From Bryobacterales bacterium (GTDB taxonomy: Bacteria; Acidobacteriota; Terriglobia; Bryobacterales; Bryobacteraceae), in the NCBI GenBank assembly GCA_963761265.1, contig CAVXGM010000027.1, positions 1,138 through 65,137 of the forward strand: DNA of 64,000 bases. Direction: 5' to 3'. Shown here one piece after another: positions 1 through 9,802 of the stretch (position 1 is its first letter; each line of letters opens with the position of its first letter). Both the position numbers and the translations under genes were made by a program. Below the pieces are notes generated by a model. The model did no database searches. It worked only from the letters and a program-made list of their open reading frames with translations, and was not told the origin of the DNA.

Positions 1-238
1 CACTCGATGAACGGGCATGATCCGTCTTCCTCCTGGTAGAGGGCGACTCTGGTCTTGGGCACTCGATCCCAGTCTATTCGCAATATTGCGAAATGGCAAG
101 CTCGCTCTCGAAGCCGCGAACCACGACCTGCAACCGCGCGCGTGAAAGCACGCTACCGTCCCGGTGTGGAGTCCTGGAGCCCGTGTGGTTCTTAAATGGG
201 CATGGAAGAGGTCGTGAGTTCGAATCTCACCTCCACCG
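1..238 (+). ncRNA. tRNA-like 3' end; possibly the 3' part of a tmRNA or a tRNA-derived remnant (body not resolvable)
   Basis: Canonical T-arm GTGAG-TTCGAAT-CTCAC at 214-230, then the 7-nt acceptor strand CTCCACC (231-237) and G238. No D-arm or anticodon arm folds in the preceding ~90 nt. The required 5' strand GGTGGAG is only approximated, by GGTGtGGAG at 163-171. Confidence 0.3.
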
Positions 239-332
239 AAATTACTCAACCACTGCTTCGTGAAGCGCTATCAGCCTGTCCAATCGCATCAAGTTGCATT
301 CCGGCACGATTTTCGACAGTATTGCTGAGAGG

Positions 333-1196
333 ATGAGGCAACTTCTCTGCATCTTGTCGATCGCCGCCGTTGCCGCGAGCATGTCGATCGCGCAAGCACC
401 CGCGGCATCATCCGGGCTTAAAAGGAAAGCTTTGCCCCGTGATCCCACGCAAAGCCCCGCCTCCGAGCGTCCGCCCGAAACAGTCACGCCACAGACCTAC
501 TCGATCGCTCAGATTCAGGCTGGCGAGTTGCGCTTCACCTCGCAGTGCGGCTTCTGCCATGGCCGTGACGCCGCGGGTGGCGAAACTGGTCCGGACCTCA
601 CTCGCTCCAACCTGGTGGCCGAAGACAATCGTGGCGATAAGATCGGACCGCTGGTTCGTGCTGGACGCCCGGACCAGGGTATGCCGGCCTTTCGCCTGAG
701 CGATGCGGATTTGGCCGCGATCGTCGCTTTCATCCACAACCAAAAGACCAAGGCCGAAGCGCTCGGCGGCGGCCGCCGCTCGGTGGACGACGCGGACTTG
801 GCAACCGGTGATGCCGCGGCCGGCCGCCTCTATTTCAACGGAGCCGGCGGTTGCGCCGCGTGCCACTCCGCTACCGGCGACCTGGCCGGAATCGCCTCTC
901 GGTATGAGGGACTGGCCCTGTTGCAACGGATGCTTTACCCCGGCGGGCGTCCCGCTCCCGCACGTCCAAAAGTTACTGTGTGGCTTCCTTCGGGCCAGAC
1001 CATCGTTGCGCCATTGGCCAGCGAAGACGAGTTCACGATCGTAATAATCGATCCCTCCGGCGAGCGCCAAAAATACGAAAAAAACTCCGTAAAGTTTAAA
1101 ATCGAAAATCCAATGTCGGCGCACTTCGATCAACTCGCGAAATACACGGACGAAGACATGCACAACGTCTACGCCTATTTGCTCACCTTGAAATAA
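333..1196 (+). CDS. di-haem c-type cytochrome, probable electron acceptor of the downstream quinoprotein dehydrogenase
   Basis: Two CxxCH motifs (CGFCH, CAACH). Signal-peptide-like N-terminus from the ATG at 333 (MRQLLCILSIAAVAASMSIAQA), preceded by GAGAGG. The ORF track opens at 294. Confidence 0.8.
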   Translation: MRQLLCILSIAAVAASMSIAQAPAASSGLKRKALPRDPTQSPASERPPETVTPQTYSIAQIQAGELRFTSQCGFCHGRDAAGGETGPDLTRSNLVAEDNRGDKIGPLVRAGRPDQGMPAFRLSDADLAAIVAFIHNQKTKAEALGGGRRSVDDADLATGDAAAGRLYFNGAGGCAACHSATGDLAGIASRYEGLALLQRMLYPGGRPAPARPKVTVWLPSGQTIVAPLASEDEFTIVIIDPSGERQKYEKNSVKFKIENPMSAHFDQLAKYTDEDMHNVYAYLLTLK

Positions 1197-1205
1197 AAAA
1201 GCAAC

Positions 1206-2872
1206 ATGCGCGCTCTCACCAGTTTCGGAATGGCAATCGTTCTCATGTCGCTTCTGCACGCACAAAGCGTGGATTCGAACGAACTGCTGCACCCGCCGGC
1301 CGATAGCTGGCTCACGTTTCACGGCACCTACTCCGGCGAACGGCATACCAGCCTGAGCCAGATTACTCCCGAAAATGTCGGCCAGCTCCAGCCGGTGTGG
1401 CGCTTCGAGACCCACCAGAATCAACAGATCAAGGCTTCGCCGATTGTCGCGAACGGCGTGATCTACATCACCACGCCGGACAACATCTGGGCCATCGACG
1501 CTCGCACCGCCAGGCAACTCTGGCATTACCAGAATCCTCCCAACAACGCGTTCCACATCGGCCACCGCGGCGCGGCTATTTACAAGGACACCGTATACCT
1601 CACCACCCCGGACTGCCATCTGATCGCGCTCAATGCCAAAAACGGGAAGGTCAAATGGAACGTCGTCATTGCCGATTCCAACAAGGGTTATTGGTCGACC
1701 AACGCTCCTCTCGTCGTGCGCAATCACGTCCTGGTCGGCGTCTCCGGCGATTTCGATAACCTGCCCGGTCAGTTGAAATCGATCGACGCGGATACCGGCG
1801 AGACGCAGTGGATTTTTTACAGCACGCCTCCGCCCGGCCGAAAGAACCCAATAGCGGCGGCGCAACCGGCGGCCAGATGTGGACCACCGGCACTTACGAT
1901 CCCGTGCTCAATCTGGTCTTCGTTGGCACTGGGAATCCAACACCGGTTCTGAATGGCGAAGCCCGGCCCGGCGATAATCCCTGGACCTGCAGCATCGTCG
2001 CGTTAAACCCGGACACCGGGAAACTGGTCTGGGGCTTCCAGGTCTCGCCGCACGACACACACGATTGGGATGCGAACGAGGTCCCCGTGCTGGTGGATGC
2101 CGATTTCAACGGCCAGCCGCGCAAGCTGTTGATGCAAGCCTCGCGCAATGGATACTTCTTCGTCCTCGACCGGACGAATGGCAAGAGCTTGCTCACCACC
2201 CCATTTGCCACCGTGAACTGGGCCAAGGGAATCGATCCCCAAGGACGCCCGATTCCGAATCCAGCCAAGTTTCCGCAAAGGAGCGGTGTCCTGGTAGCGC
2301 CCAACGAGAACGGCGCCACCAACTTCCGCCCGCCGAGTTTTGATCCGCGAACCGGCCTGTTCATCGTGAGCGCTCAGGACGGCTACGGAATCTATTTCTT
2401 CAAACCCGAGCACGGAGCCTACGGTTGGGCCGGCGCCGATTATGGCGTTGCGGGCAGGGCTTTCCTTCGCGCCATCGATTACCGGACAGGAAAGATCGTA
2501 TGGAACCATCCGATCGGCGATGGCGCAGGCACCGCCGGCGTGCTCACCACGGAAACTGGCGTAACGTTCAGTGGCGACGTGGCCGGCAATGTAATGGCTC
2601 TGCGATCGAGCGACGGCGCCACGCTCTGGCACCAGTCCATCCAGAGGATTGGAAATGCTCCAATCTCTTATGAGCTGGACGGCCGACAGTATCTGGTCGT
2701 GGGCGGCGGCAGCTCGCTGTACGCGTTTGCCCTGCCCTTAGCCGGCGGCGCAGAAATTCCGGCAGTCCGCGATTCGTCCCCCGATTCGAGTCATGCTCCT
2801 CGACGGCGAAAGCGCCGGTCCTTATCACAAATGGCAGCTCACCACGCCCGTTCTGCGGAAGGAACTCGATGA
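1206..2872 (+). pseudogene. PQQ-dependent (quinoprotein) dehydrogenase, read through one frameshift
   Basis: Beta-propeller quinoprotein sequence split over ORFs 1206..1952 and 1808..2872. The text continues ...YSTPPPG / PKEPNSGGATGGQMWTTGTYDP if one C is added in the CC run at ~1838. The C-terminal ~45 aa overlap the next gene and look like read-through. Confidence 0.8.
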
Positions 2873-3662
2873 GACCGGCCTGTTCCAGATAGATGTCGTA
2901 ACCGCGCCTCCCGCCGGCGGCGACTTCAGCGCGTTTCACCCCGATTTCGCGAAGTATGCGGTGGTGGTGTGGAATTACGACGCGCCCGACGAGCGCTGGC
3001 CGGCGGAATTAAAGGCGTCGTTTGAGAATTACGTGCGCGGCGGCGGAGGCTTCGTCAGCGTGCATGCCTCCGACAACGCGTTCCCCAACTGGCCGGCGTT
3101 CAACGAAATGATCGGCGTGGGAGGCTGGCGCGGCCGAACTGAGAAAAATGGCCCGTTCTGGTATTTCAAAGACGACAAGCTGGTTTCCGATCCAGCTCCG
3201 GGCCCTGCCGGCAGCCACGGCCGCCGTACGCCATTTCAGATTGTGGTTCGTCAGGATCATCCCATTACCAATGGTCTGCCCAAGCTTTGGATGCATCAAG
3301 GCGATGAACTGTACGCCCGGCTCCGCGGCCCCGGGAAGAATATGTCGGTTCTCGCCACTGCTTATTCCGATCCCGCCAACAACGGAACCGGTCACGATGA
3401 ACCAATGTTGATGGCCCTCAGCTACGGCCGCGGCCGCGTGTTCCATACCACGCTGGGGCACGATATCAACGCGCTCAGCTCGGTGGATTTCGTGGTCACC
3501 TTTCAGCGCGGGACCGAATGGGCCGCAACCGGCAAGGTGACGCAGAAGGTTCCCGCCGATTTCCCCACCGCCAACTCGGTCAGTTATCGGACGGACCTGG
3601 CCGCCATGGATCCCGGCTATAAGAGAGGTCTGAATCCGCTCGATGCCGCTCCCGCGCGATAG
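2793..3662 (+). CDS. ThuA-domain protein (trehalose-utilisation ThuA-like)
   Basis: Family-typical text: LLDGESAGPYHKW, GGGFVSVHA, GVGGWRGR, FHTTLGHD. Confidence 0.75.
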   Translation: MLLDGESAGPYHKWQLTTPVLRKELDETGLFQIDVVTAPPAGGDFSAFHPDFAKYAVVVWNYDAPDERWPAELKASFENYVRGGGGFVSVHASDNAFPNWPAFNEMIGVGGWRGRTEKNGPFWYFKDDKLVSDPAPGPAGSHGRRTPFQIVVRQDHPITNGLPKLWMHQGDELYARLRGPGKNMSVLATAYSDPANNGTGHDEPMLMALSYGRGRVFHTTLGHDINALSSVDFVVTFQRGTEWAATGKVTQKVPADFPTANSVSYRTDLAAMDPGYKRGLNPLDAAPAR

Positions 3663-3704
3663 CGCCCAGGGTACTTTGGGCTATCTTACAGCGTGGCACG
3701 TTCT

Positions 3705-4526
3705 CTATTTCTGAAAGACGATCGCTTTCATCGTACGTTTGAATTCGGCCGGGGTCACTTGCAGCTCTTTGGCCTTTGCCGGATCGTAGAGCTTAATCTT
3801 AGGACCTTGAACGCCTATCATCGCGTGGCCGTGAAAGCTGGTCACATTATCCGCGTCGGATTTGCTGCCCCCAACGATCGCAAGGTCATCCTTGGAGGCC
3901 GCAATCGAAGGCTTGTTCACGGAGTTCTTGGCCGCGTTGACGATGTCTGATTCCGGCGTTCCGGCCTCAACAGTCAGGACGCCGGGCCACGCGCCCGTGA
4001 TGATGTGCCAGAAATCGTTGGTTTGTAACTTGGTCACGTTGAACTCCTGGTAACTCCCCAGGCTTTGAGCCAGCGCTTTTTCGATGATGCTTCCCCAGAT
4101 GGATTGCCCGCTCGGGTCGTGCAAATAGAGAATGGACCAGCTGTCGCGGTCGCCATCATTGGTGTACAGGACGTCGCTTGTTTCCACGGCTCCGCTTACG
4201 AGCTTTACCGTGAAGAAACGCTGAGAATCCAAGTAAGGCGCCGGTGGCGGATTGCTGAGAGTGTCGGCGGGTAGTTTGGACAGGTCCGTCCGCACCGCCC
4301 CCGTCTTGGGCGGCGAGACCATGCCCTGGATCATTCCGCGCCCCACCGAAGTAAACGCCATAGCAGCGAGTAGCGCAGCGACGGGACAATTGGCTATCGC
4401 GGAGGCCTGCTGGACCTGCTGATAGCTTGCACCGCCCCCCGAAGAAGTGAAGAGAGCTGTTTTAACTTCATGAACGTCTTTGCTGTCCTGGTCCTCGGTG
4501 GGATTCGGCATCGGCAGTGTTTTCAT
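3705..4526 (-). CDS. clan CA (calpain/papain-like) cysteine peptidase candidate
   Basis: Ordered Q...C / H / D-P pattern: QQASAIANCPVAALLAAMA (compare calpain QG.LGDCWLLAA), FHGHAMIGV (compare GHAYSV), KLYDPA. No signal peptide. 53% GC in the one 60-nt line counted, lower than the ~60% typical of the window. Confidence 0.5.
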   Translation of the reverse strand: MKTLPMPNPTEDQDSKDVHEVKTALFTSSGGGASYQQVQQASAIANCPVAALLAAMAFTSVGRGMIQGMVSPPKTGAVRTDLSKLPADTLSNPPPAPYLDSQRFFTVKLVSGAVETSDVLYTNDGDRDSWSILYLHDPSGQSIWGSIIEKALAQSLGSYQEFNVTKLQTNDFWHIITGAWPGVLTVEAGTPESDIVNAAKNSVNKPSIAASKDDLAIVGGSKSDADNVTSFHGHAMIGVQGPKIKLYDPAKAKELQVTPAEFKRTMKAIVFQK

Positions 4527-4600
4527 GCAAGTTACTCCAGCAGTGTGTTAAGGCGGAGCGCGTGTGTTCCTCACAACGTATCCAAGCGATTGCCGAGGCC

Positions 4601-5995
4601 TCAGAGCGAGTTCAGGAATGCAATCAGATCAGCCTCTTCCTGATTCGTAAAACCAATGTTGAACCGCTTGTCGTAGAAGACCAGCACATCCTGCAGGCTG
4701 GCGGCGGAGCCATTGTGAAAGTACGGCGCACGGCTGGCGAGCCCGCGCAGGATCGGACCCTTGACCTTGCCGATGTCTGCCCATTTTCCAGTGACTATCG
4801 CGCGCCCCGGATCCGTTGTTTGCACGGTTTCGTTAGTGGTGTTGTTCACCAACGTGAACACGGGAAGATAACTGACGCCCAGGGGATTGGTCACATCCCC
4901 TACTCCAATGTTCAACGCCGCTGAAACCGAGTGATCGCCGGCGTTGGGCGAATCGTGACAGGTTCCACAAGTGCCGGAAAACGACGCCGGGAGCCCAACC
5001 ACATCGTTGATGCCCGCGACACCGGAAATAGTGATCGGTTTTGAATTGAACAAGGCTTCGCCGCGCGCGATGCTGGCCCGCTGGCTGGACTGCGAATTCA
5101 CCCAGGCGGTAAATAAACTAAAGATGTTCGGATTAAACGCGGCGCCCGTTGGATTGAAGCCAAAGCTGGGGGGAAACGAATCGTTGATCCCAACGAAGAA
5201 TGGCTGTGACGCAAGCGCGACGGGTCCGCCGGTGGCTCCATTCGCGTTCAATGCGCCCGCGCGATAGTCATAGGCCTGAGCGGTCCGCAAGGATGTCTCG
5301 AAATTCACGATGTCCTGCACTTGAGCGGCCGTGGGGACGGCGCCCTGCGCGTGTCCGGTCGTGGCATCGATCGCTTGTTGAGCCAGATCGGCCAGCAACT
5401 GCCCGGTATTCGGGTAAGTGATCTTCTGCGTGGTCGGCGGAGTGGACTCGCGCCCATCCCACATGACGGTGCTAAGGAATTGCAGGTTGGTTGCGGGCAA
5501 CGGACGGCGGTACATGGACAGGGTCGATCTATCACTGCATCCGTAGGGATTGCTTACGTTCGCCACGGTAAACTCAGCACCCGCCGGCATGGCCAGCGCG
5601 ATGCGAATCAGGCCGCGGCTCAGTAAAAGGCTGTAAGCTTTTCGGCGGCCCTGCAATGTCGATGTATCGATGCCCTGATCGCAGACCGAGCCGTCGTTGG
5701 TGCGGAAGATGGGGTCCATGCCTTGCGTCAGAAGGAAACGCAACTGGACCTCGGCGGCGGACACACCCCAGCCTTCCGTAGGCAGGTGGCAGGAGGCACA
5801 AGACCTTCCGTTCGTGCCGAGCACTTGAAAGAACGCTCCCTTTAAGCTAATCGGGGCATTGTTGACATTGTATGTTTCCAGCAGCCCGCTGCCATTGGGG
5901 AGCGGGAACAGGTTGGGCAGCGATTGCGGACTCGCATTGGTCGCCATGGTAAAGATCGTGATCAATACGCCAATTTCTTTGCATCTCATCGTCAT
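4601..5995 (-). CDS. di-haem cytochrome c peroxidase (CCP/MauG family)
   Basis: CASCH and CGTCH haem motifs and the C-terminal APYFHNGSAASL signature. The ATG at 5995 sits directly behind GGAGGAGGAG. The ORF track opens at 6064. Confidence 0.85.
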   Translation of the reverse strand: MTMRCKEIGVLITIFTMATNASPQSLPNLFPLPNGSGLLETYNVNNAPISLKGAFFQVLGTNGRSCASCHLPTEGWGVSAAEVQLRFLLTQGMDPIFRTNDGSVCDQGIDTSTLQGRRKAYSLLLSRGLIRIALAMPAGAEFTVANVSNPYGCSDRSTLSMYRRPLPATNLQFLSTVMWDGRESTPPTTQKITYPNTGQLLADLAQQAIDATTGHAQGAVPTAAQVQDIVNFETSLRTAQAYDYRAGALNANGATGGPVALASQPFFVGINDSFPPSFGFNPTGAAFNPNIFSLFTAWVNSQSSQRASIARGEALFNSKPITISGVAGINDVVGLPASFSGTCGTCHDSPNAGDHSVSAALNIGVGDVTNPLGVSYLPVFTLVNNTTNETVQTTDPGRAIVTGKWADIGKVKGPILRGLASRAPYFHNGSAASLQDVLVFYDKRFNIGFTNQEEADLIAFLNSL

Positions 5996-6115
5996 TTCTC
6001 CTCCTCCTCGGACCACCCGTGGGACCTCCGGATTAGGTCCCCTGTACTTATGTGCGGATTCCACGCGTCATATTAGTCCGTTTCCGCAAAAATAGTACCG
6101 GTACTGGTAGCGGCC

Positions 6116-6225
6116 GCGACTTTGCTCCGGGCAGTAATAAGGCAACTGCCCTGGAAATCACTAAAATCCTGCAAGCGCGTTCACCAGGGCGATCCACGGG
6201 CCATGCGCGCCAAGATGCCGCTTCC
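6116..6225 (+). repeat. degenerate duplicate of the promoter-proximal region and 5' end of the sigma gene at 6308
   Basis: 6116-6225 aligns by eye with 6279-6389 (GCGACTTtGCTCCGGGC...CTGCCcTGGAAATcACTaAAaTCCTGCAaGCGCGTTCACCAGGGCGATC...GCCATGCgCGCC..GATGCCG). The copy lacks the ATG and carries an extra A that breaks the frame. Confidence 0.7.
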
Positions 6226-6307
6226 ATTGACCCTTAGTCCATTTGCGCGAAAACAGTCCGGCATACTGCTGGAGGGCTGCGACTTCGCTCCGGGCCTGCG
6301 CTAAAAT

Positions 6308-6865
6308 ATGGCATCTGCCGTGGAAATTACTGAACTCCTGCAGCGCGTTCACCAGGGCGATCAGCAGGCCATGCACGCCGTGATGCCGATGGTGTATGAC
6401 CAGCTGAAGAAGCTGGCCTCGGCACATTTGCGCCGGGAAGGAAAGGATCGTGCCCTCGAAACAACGGCGCTGGTTCACGAGGCTTTTCTGCGGCTCTCCG
6501 GGGGAAACCATCCCTCTTATGAAAACCGGTCGCATTTTTACGCAATTGCCTCGCGGTTGATGCGCCAGGTCCTGGTGGACTCGGCTCGCAGCCGCGCCGC
6601 GGCCAAGCGGAGCGCCTCGGATGAAATCCAACTCGCCGAACTCCCCGATATCGGCCGGCAGCCGGACCAGTCCCTGCTGGCGATTGATGAAGCTTTGGAT
6701 CGGCTGGCCCGCGATGATCCACGAAAAGCGCGCCTGGTGGAAATGCGATTCTTTGGCGGCATGACTGCCGAAGAGTCCGCCGAAGTCCTGTCCCTCTCCG
6801 TGCACATCGTCCGGCGCGAGTTGCGGCTGGCGCAGGCCTGGCTGCGCAAAGAGATGGCTAAGTGA
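6308..6865 (+). CDS. ECF-type RNA polymerase sigma factor (kinase-associated subgroup)
   Basis: N-terminus ITELLQRVHQGDQQAM..VYDQLKKLA and C-terminal region 4 text. The stop overlaps the kinase start (GTGA at 6862-6865). Confidence 0.9.
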   Translation: MASAVEITELLQRVHQGDQQAMHAVMPMVYDQLKKLASAHLRREGKDRALETTALVHEAFLRLSGGNHPSYENRSHFYAIASRLMRQVLVDSARSRAAAKRSASDEIQLAELPDIGRQPDQSLLAIDEALDRLARDDPRKARLVEMRFFGGMTAEESAEVLSLSVHIVRRELRLAQAWLRKEMAK

Positions 6866-9543
6866 ATAGCCGGCTGGAAGATTTGTTTCACGAGCTGGCC
6901 GACCTGTCTCCGGCCGCGCGCGAGCGGTATTTCGCCCGGCATGGCGTCGATCGGCAAACCCGGCGTGAAGTGGAAGAGCTGCTGGCTTTTGATCCAAGCG
7001 CCAGCAGTTTACTCCAGCACGATATTGAACTCGCCGCCCAACAGGCGCTGGGCCATCTTGAGAAGGTGGGCCAAAGATGCGGGCCCTACCGGCTGGTTCG
7101 TCTCATCGGCCGCGGCGGAATGGGCGCCGTCTACCTGGCGGAGCGCGCGGACGGCGAAGTGACCCAACAGGTGGCTGTAAAGTTGCTCCGGCCCGGCGCA
7201 GACTATCTGGAGCGTGAGCGTTTTCTTCAAGAGCGGCAGATCCTTGCGACGCTGGCCCATCCCAATATTGCGCGCCTCCTGGATGCGGGCCACTTGGAAG
7301 ACGGACAGCCGTTCCTTGCGATGGAATACGTGGATGGAAAGCCGGTCGACGTATTTACGAATGAACTTCCAGTTCGCAAAACAGTCGCATTGTTCGCGAA
7401 AGTCTGCAAGGCCGTTGGATACCTGCACCGCAACCTGATCGTGCATCGCGACCTCAAGCCCACCAACATTCTGGTCAGCGAGGATGGCGAACCGAAGTTG
7501 CTGGATTTCGGCATCGCCAAGCTGATCTATCTGACCACGGATTCCACCTCCACCGGCCTGAGGATGTTGACGCCCGAATACGCCAGTCCCGAGCAGATCA
7601 CGGGCGGGACCGTGAGCACGGCCACCGACATCTATTCGTTGGGCGCGGTGCTCTATCGCCTGCTGACTCGCAAGCCGGCCCATGAATTTGGCCGCGGCTC
7701 GCCGGAGGAAATGCTGGCCGCCATCTGCACCCGCGAAGTGGTTCGCCCCAGCAAGTGGGTGCCGGCCCTGAAGGGTGACCTCGAGCTCATCCTGATGATG
7801 GCCCTGCGGAAAGATCCGCAGGAGCGCTACGCCACGGCGGAGCAGTTTGCCGAAGACCTGGAGTCGTTCCTCGAATCGCGGCCAATTCGCGCCCGAAAGG
7901 GTGACTTGGCGTACCGCGCCCGCAAATTCGTGCGCAGATTCTGGCTCCCACTGGCGGCGGCTGCGATGGTTCTCGCCAGCCTGCTGGCTGGACTATACAT
8001 TGCAAACCGCGAGCGCGCCATTGCGGAGCAGCGATTCCTGCAGGTTCGCGAACTGGCCAATAAGCTTTTCGATATCGATGCGCAAATCCGCAACACACCG
8101 GGCAACACCAAGGCCCGCCAGATGATCGTATCCACGTCTCTGGAATACCTGAAACGAGTGGGCGCGGAGACTCGCGGCGACAAGGATCTCGCCATGGAAA
8201 TCGGCGGCGCGTATCTGCAATTGGCCCAGATCCAGGGTGTGCCGGTCAATCCCAACCTGGGACAATTCGCGGATGCTGAAGAAAGCCTGAGCAAGGCCGG
8301 CGCGTTTGTGGAATCCGTTTTGCAGGCGGATCCTAAATATCCGCGCGCGCTGCTGACCTCGGCCACCGTCGCCCACGACCGCATGGCGGTGGCTTCCATG
8401 CGGAATCGGCCCGGCGAATCGCTCGCGCAAGCTCGCAAGGCGGCCGAACAGCTCGACCGGTACACCGCGCAAGGCGGCCTCGGGCCGTGGGAAATCCGCG
8501 AAGCCGTGTTCATGTACGGCAACGTCGCAGTTACATTTGACGACAATCACCGGTACGCGGACACCATTCGCTATGCCCGCCGCGCCATTGAGGTCTCGCG
8601 GCCCCTTCCGTCCGCCGCGCCGCAGCGCAGCCTCGCGCTTGGCATTATGGCTGTGGCGCTGCGCGATTCGGGGGACTTGGACGGAGCGCTCCAAGCCATT
8701 CAAGAATCGCGGAAGATCCAGGAACAACTGCTCGCGGATCAGGACAAAACCTGGCAGCGCGCGAATCTCGCGCTCGCCTTGTGGCGCGAAGGGTCCATTT
8801 TAGGGGAACGCGGCGAAGTGAATCTCGATCGCCCGGCGGAGGCGGCCCGGACACTCCGGAAGGCGTTCGATGTCGCCGGGGAATTGGTCAAAAAAGACGC
8901 GGACGACAATCACGACCATATGTTTTTCGCGGAAATGGGACGCCGGCTCGGCGACGTTCTGCTCGACGGCGGCCCGCGGGAAGCGCTCGCCGTTTATGAC
9001 CGATCCATAGAGACTGTACGCAACCTCAAAAATAGCAACGAGGAAACCAAACGGGACGAAGCCGTGCTCCTCGCCGCTTCATCGTACGCGTTGCGCCGGC
9101 TGCACCAGGAGAACGAAGCCAGTCGAAGAATCGAGAGCGCTTTCAGCTTGTTGCGGGAAAGCAAGGACTACCCGGCCGAAAAGATTACGCTGGACAGCGA
9201 GCCCGATATCGCAATGCGGGCCTCAGCTGACCACTACGCCGAAACCGGACAGCTTGAAAAAGCTGCTCAGGCCTATCGAGAACTGCTTGCCAAGGTGAAG
9301 GCATCGAATCCGGATCCCTGGAACGACTTGGAAGATGCCTACCATCTTTCCAGCCACTATGCCGCACTGGGCGCGATCCTCGGCCGCGCGGGACTTGCCG
9401 CCGAGTCCGCGTCGTTGGATGCCCGTCGCTCGGAACTCTGGCAGCATTGGAACCAGAAGCTTCCCAACAATAAGTTTGTGCTTCGTCAGATCGCCATCAC
9501 GCGCGCCAATCCAACGGCTCCACGCCGCAAGAGCTACCCTTAG
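6862..9543 (+). CDS. Ser/Thr protein kinase with a TM segment and a long TPR-like C-terminal region
   Basis: GRGGMGAVY, HRDLKPTNILV, DFGIAK, SPEQ. A hydrophobic segment (WLPLAAAAMVLASLLAGLYI) is followed by ~500 aa of helical repeat. Confidence 0.9.
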   Translation: MNSRLEDLFHELADLSPAARERYFARHGVDRQTRREVEELLAFDPSASSLLQHDIELAAQQALGHLEKVGQRCGPYRLVRLIGRGGMGAVYLAERADGEVTQQVAVKLLRPGADYLERERFLQERQILATLAHPNIARLLDAGHLEDGQPFLAMEYVDGKPVDVFTNELPVRKTVALFAKVCKAVGYLHRNLIVHRDLKPTNILVSEDGEPKLLDFGIAKLIYLTTDSTSTGLRMLTPEYASPEQITGGTVSTATDIYSLGAVLYRLLTRKPAHEFGRGSPEEMLAAICTREVVRPSKWVPALKGDLELILMMALRKDPQERYATAEQFAEDLESFLESRPIRARKGDLAYRARKFVRRFWLPLAAAAMVLASLLAGLYIANRERAIAEQRFLQVRELANKLFDIDAQIRNTPGNTKARQMIVSTSLEYLKRVGAETRGDKDLAMEIGGAYLQLAQIQGVPVNPNLGQFADAEESLSKAGAFVESVLQADPKYPRALLTSATVAHDRMAVASMRNRPGESLAQARKAAEQLDRYTAQGGLGPWEIREAVFMYGNVAVTFDDNHRYADTIRYARRAIEVSRPLPSAAPQRSLALGIMAVALRDSGDLDGALQAIQESRKIQEQLLADQDKTWQRANLALALWREGSILGERGEVNLDRPAEAARTLRKAFDVAGELVKKDADDNHDHMFFAEMGRRLGDVLLDGGPREALAVYDRSIETVRNLKNSNEETKRDEAVLLAASSYALRRLHQENEASRRIESAFSLLRESKDYPAEKITLDSEPDIAMRASADHYAETGQLEKAAQAYRELLAKVKASNPDPWNDLEDAYHLSSHYAALGAILGRAGLAAESASLDARRSELWQHWNQKLPNNKFVLRQIAITRANPTAPRRKSYP

Positions 9544-9802
9544 CTGCTTCACGAGGATCGCACTTGGCCGATGGTAATCTCACCAAAGATCTTGTCCCCT
9601 AGAGGCGTTAACGCAGGTTCCGGCCGGCGGGGGTTGAGAAAACGGTGTCCGGGTAAACCTGTCGGGCGCCAGTATCGCCAGTGCAAACGCGTGTCCGCCA
9701 ACCGGACTTCTTCCTGGCGTTGCGCGCGCAAATCCAATCCGTTGCATGCGACAGCGGCCGTCGGATTGGCACTTTCCATAGTGCGCGCAGTGTGTTTGGC
9801 TG

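Noticed and set aside
116-145. Possible tmRNA tag reading frame GCG AAC CAC GAC CTG CAA CCG CGC GCG TGA (ANHDLQPRA)
   Set aside because: It starts with Ala-Asn like many tags, but it does not end in the usual hydrophobic-Ala-Ala. It also lies too close to the 3' T-arm for a normal tmRNA layout. Not enough to call ssrA.
408-1865. 485-aa ORF on the minus strand
   Set aside because: It lies antisense to a cytochrome c gene and a PQQ dehydrogenase gene that have clear motifs. Its composition (Arg/Gly/Ala-rich, no motifs) is typical of shadow ORFs in high-GC DNA.
9544-9802. Cobalamin riboswitch upstream of the B12-binding radical SAM gene, or a RiPP precursor next to it (also 11459-11734)
   Set aside because: No B12-box-like sequence or convincing multi-stem structure was seen. 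The small flanking ORFs are Arg/Pro-rich, with no leader/core-like features.
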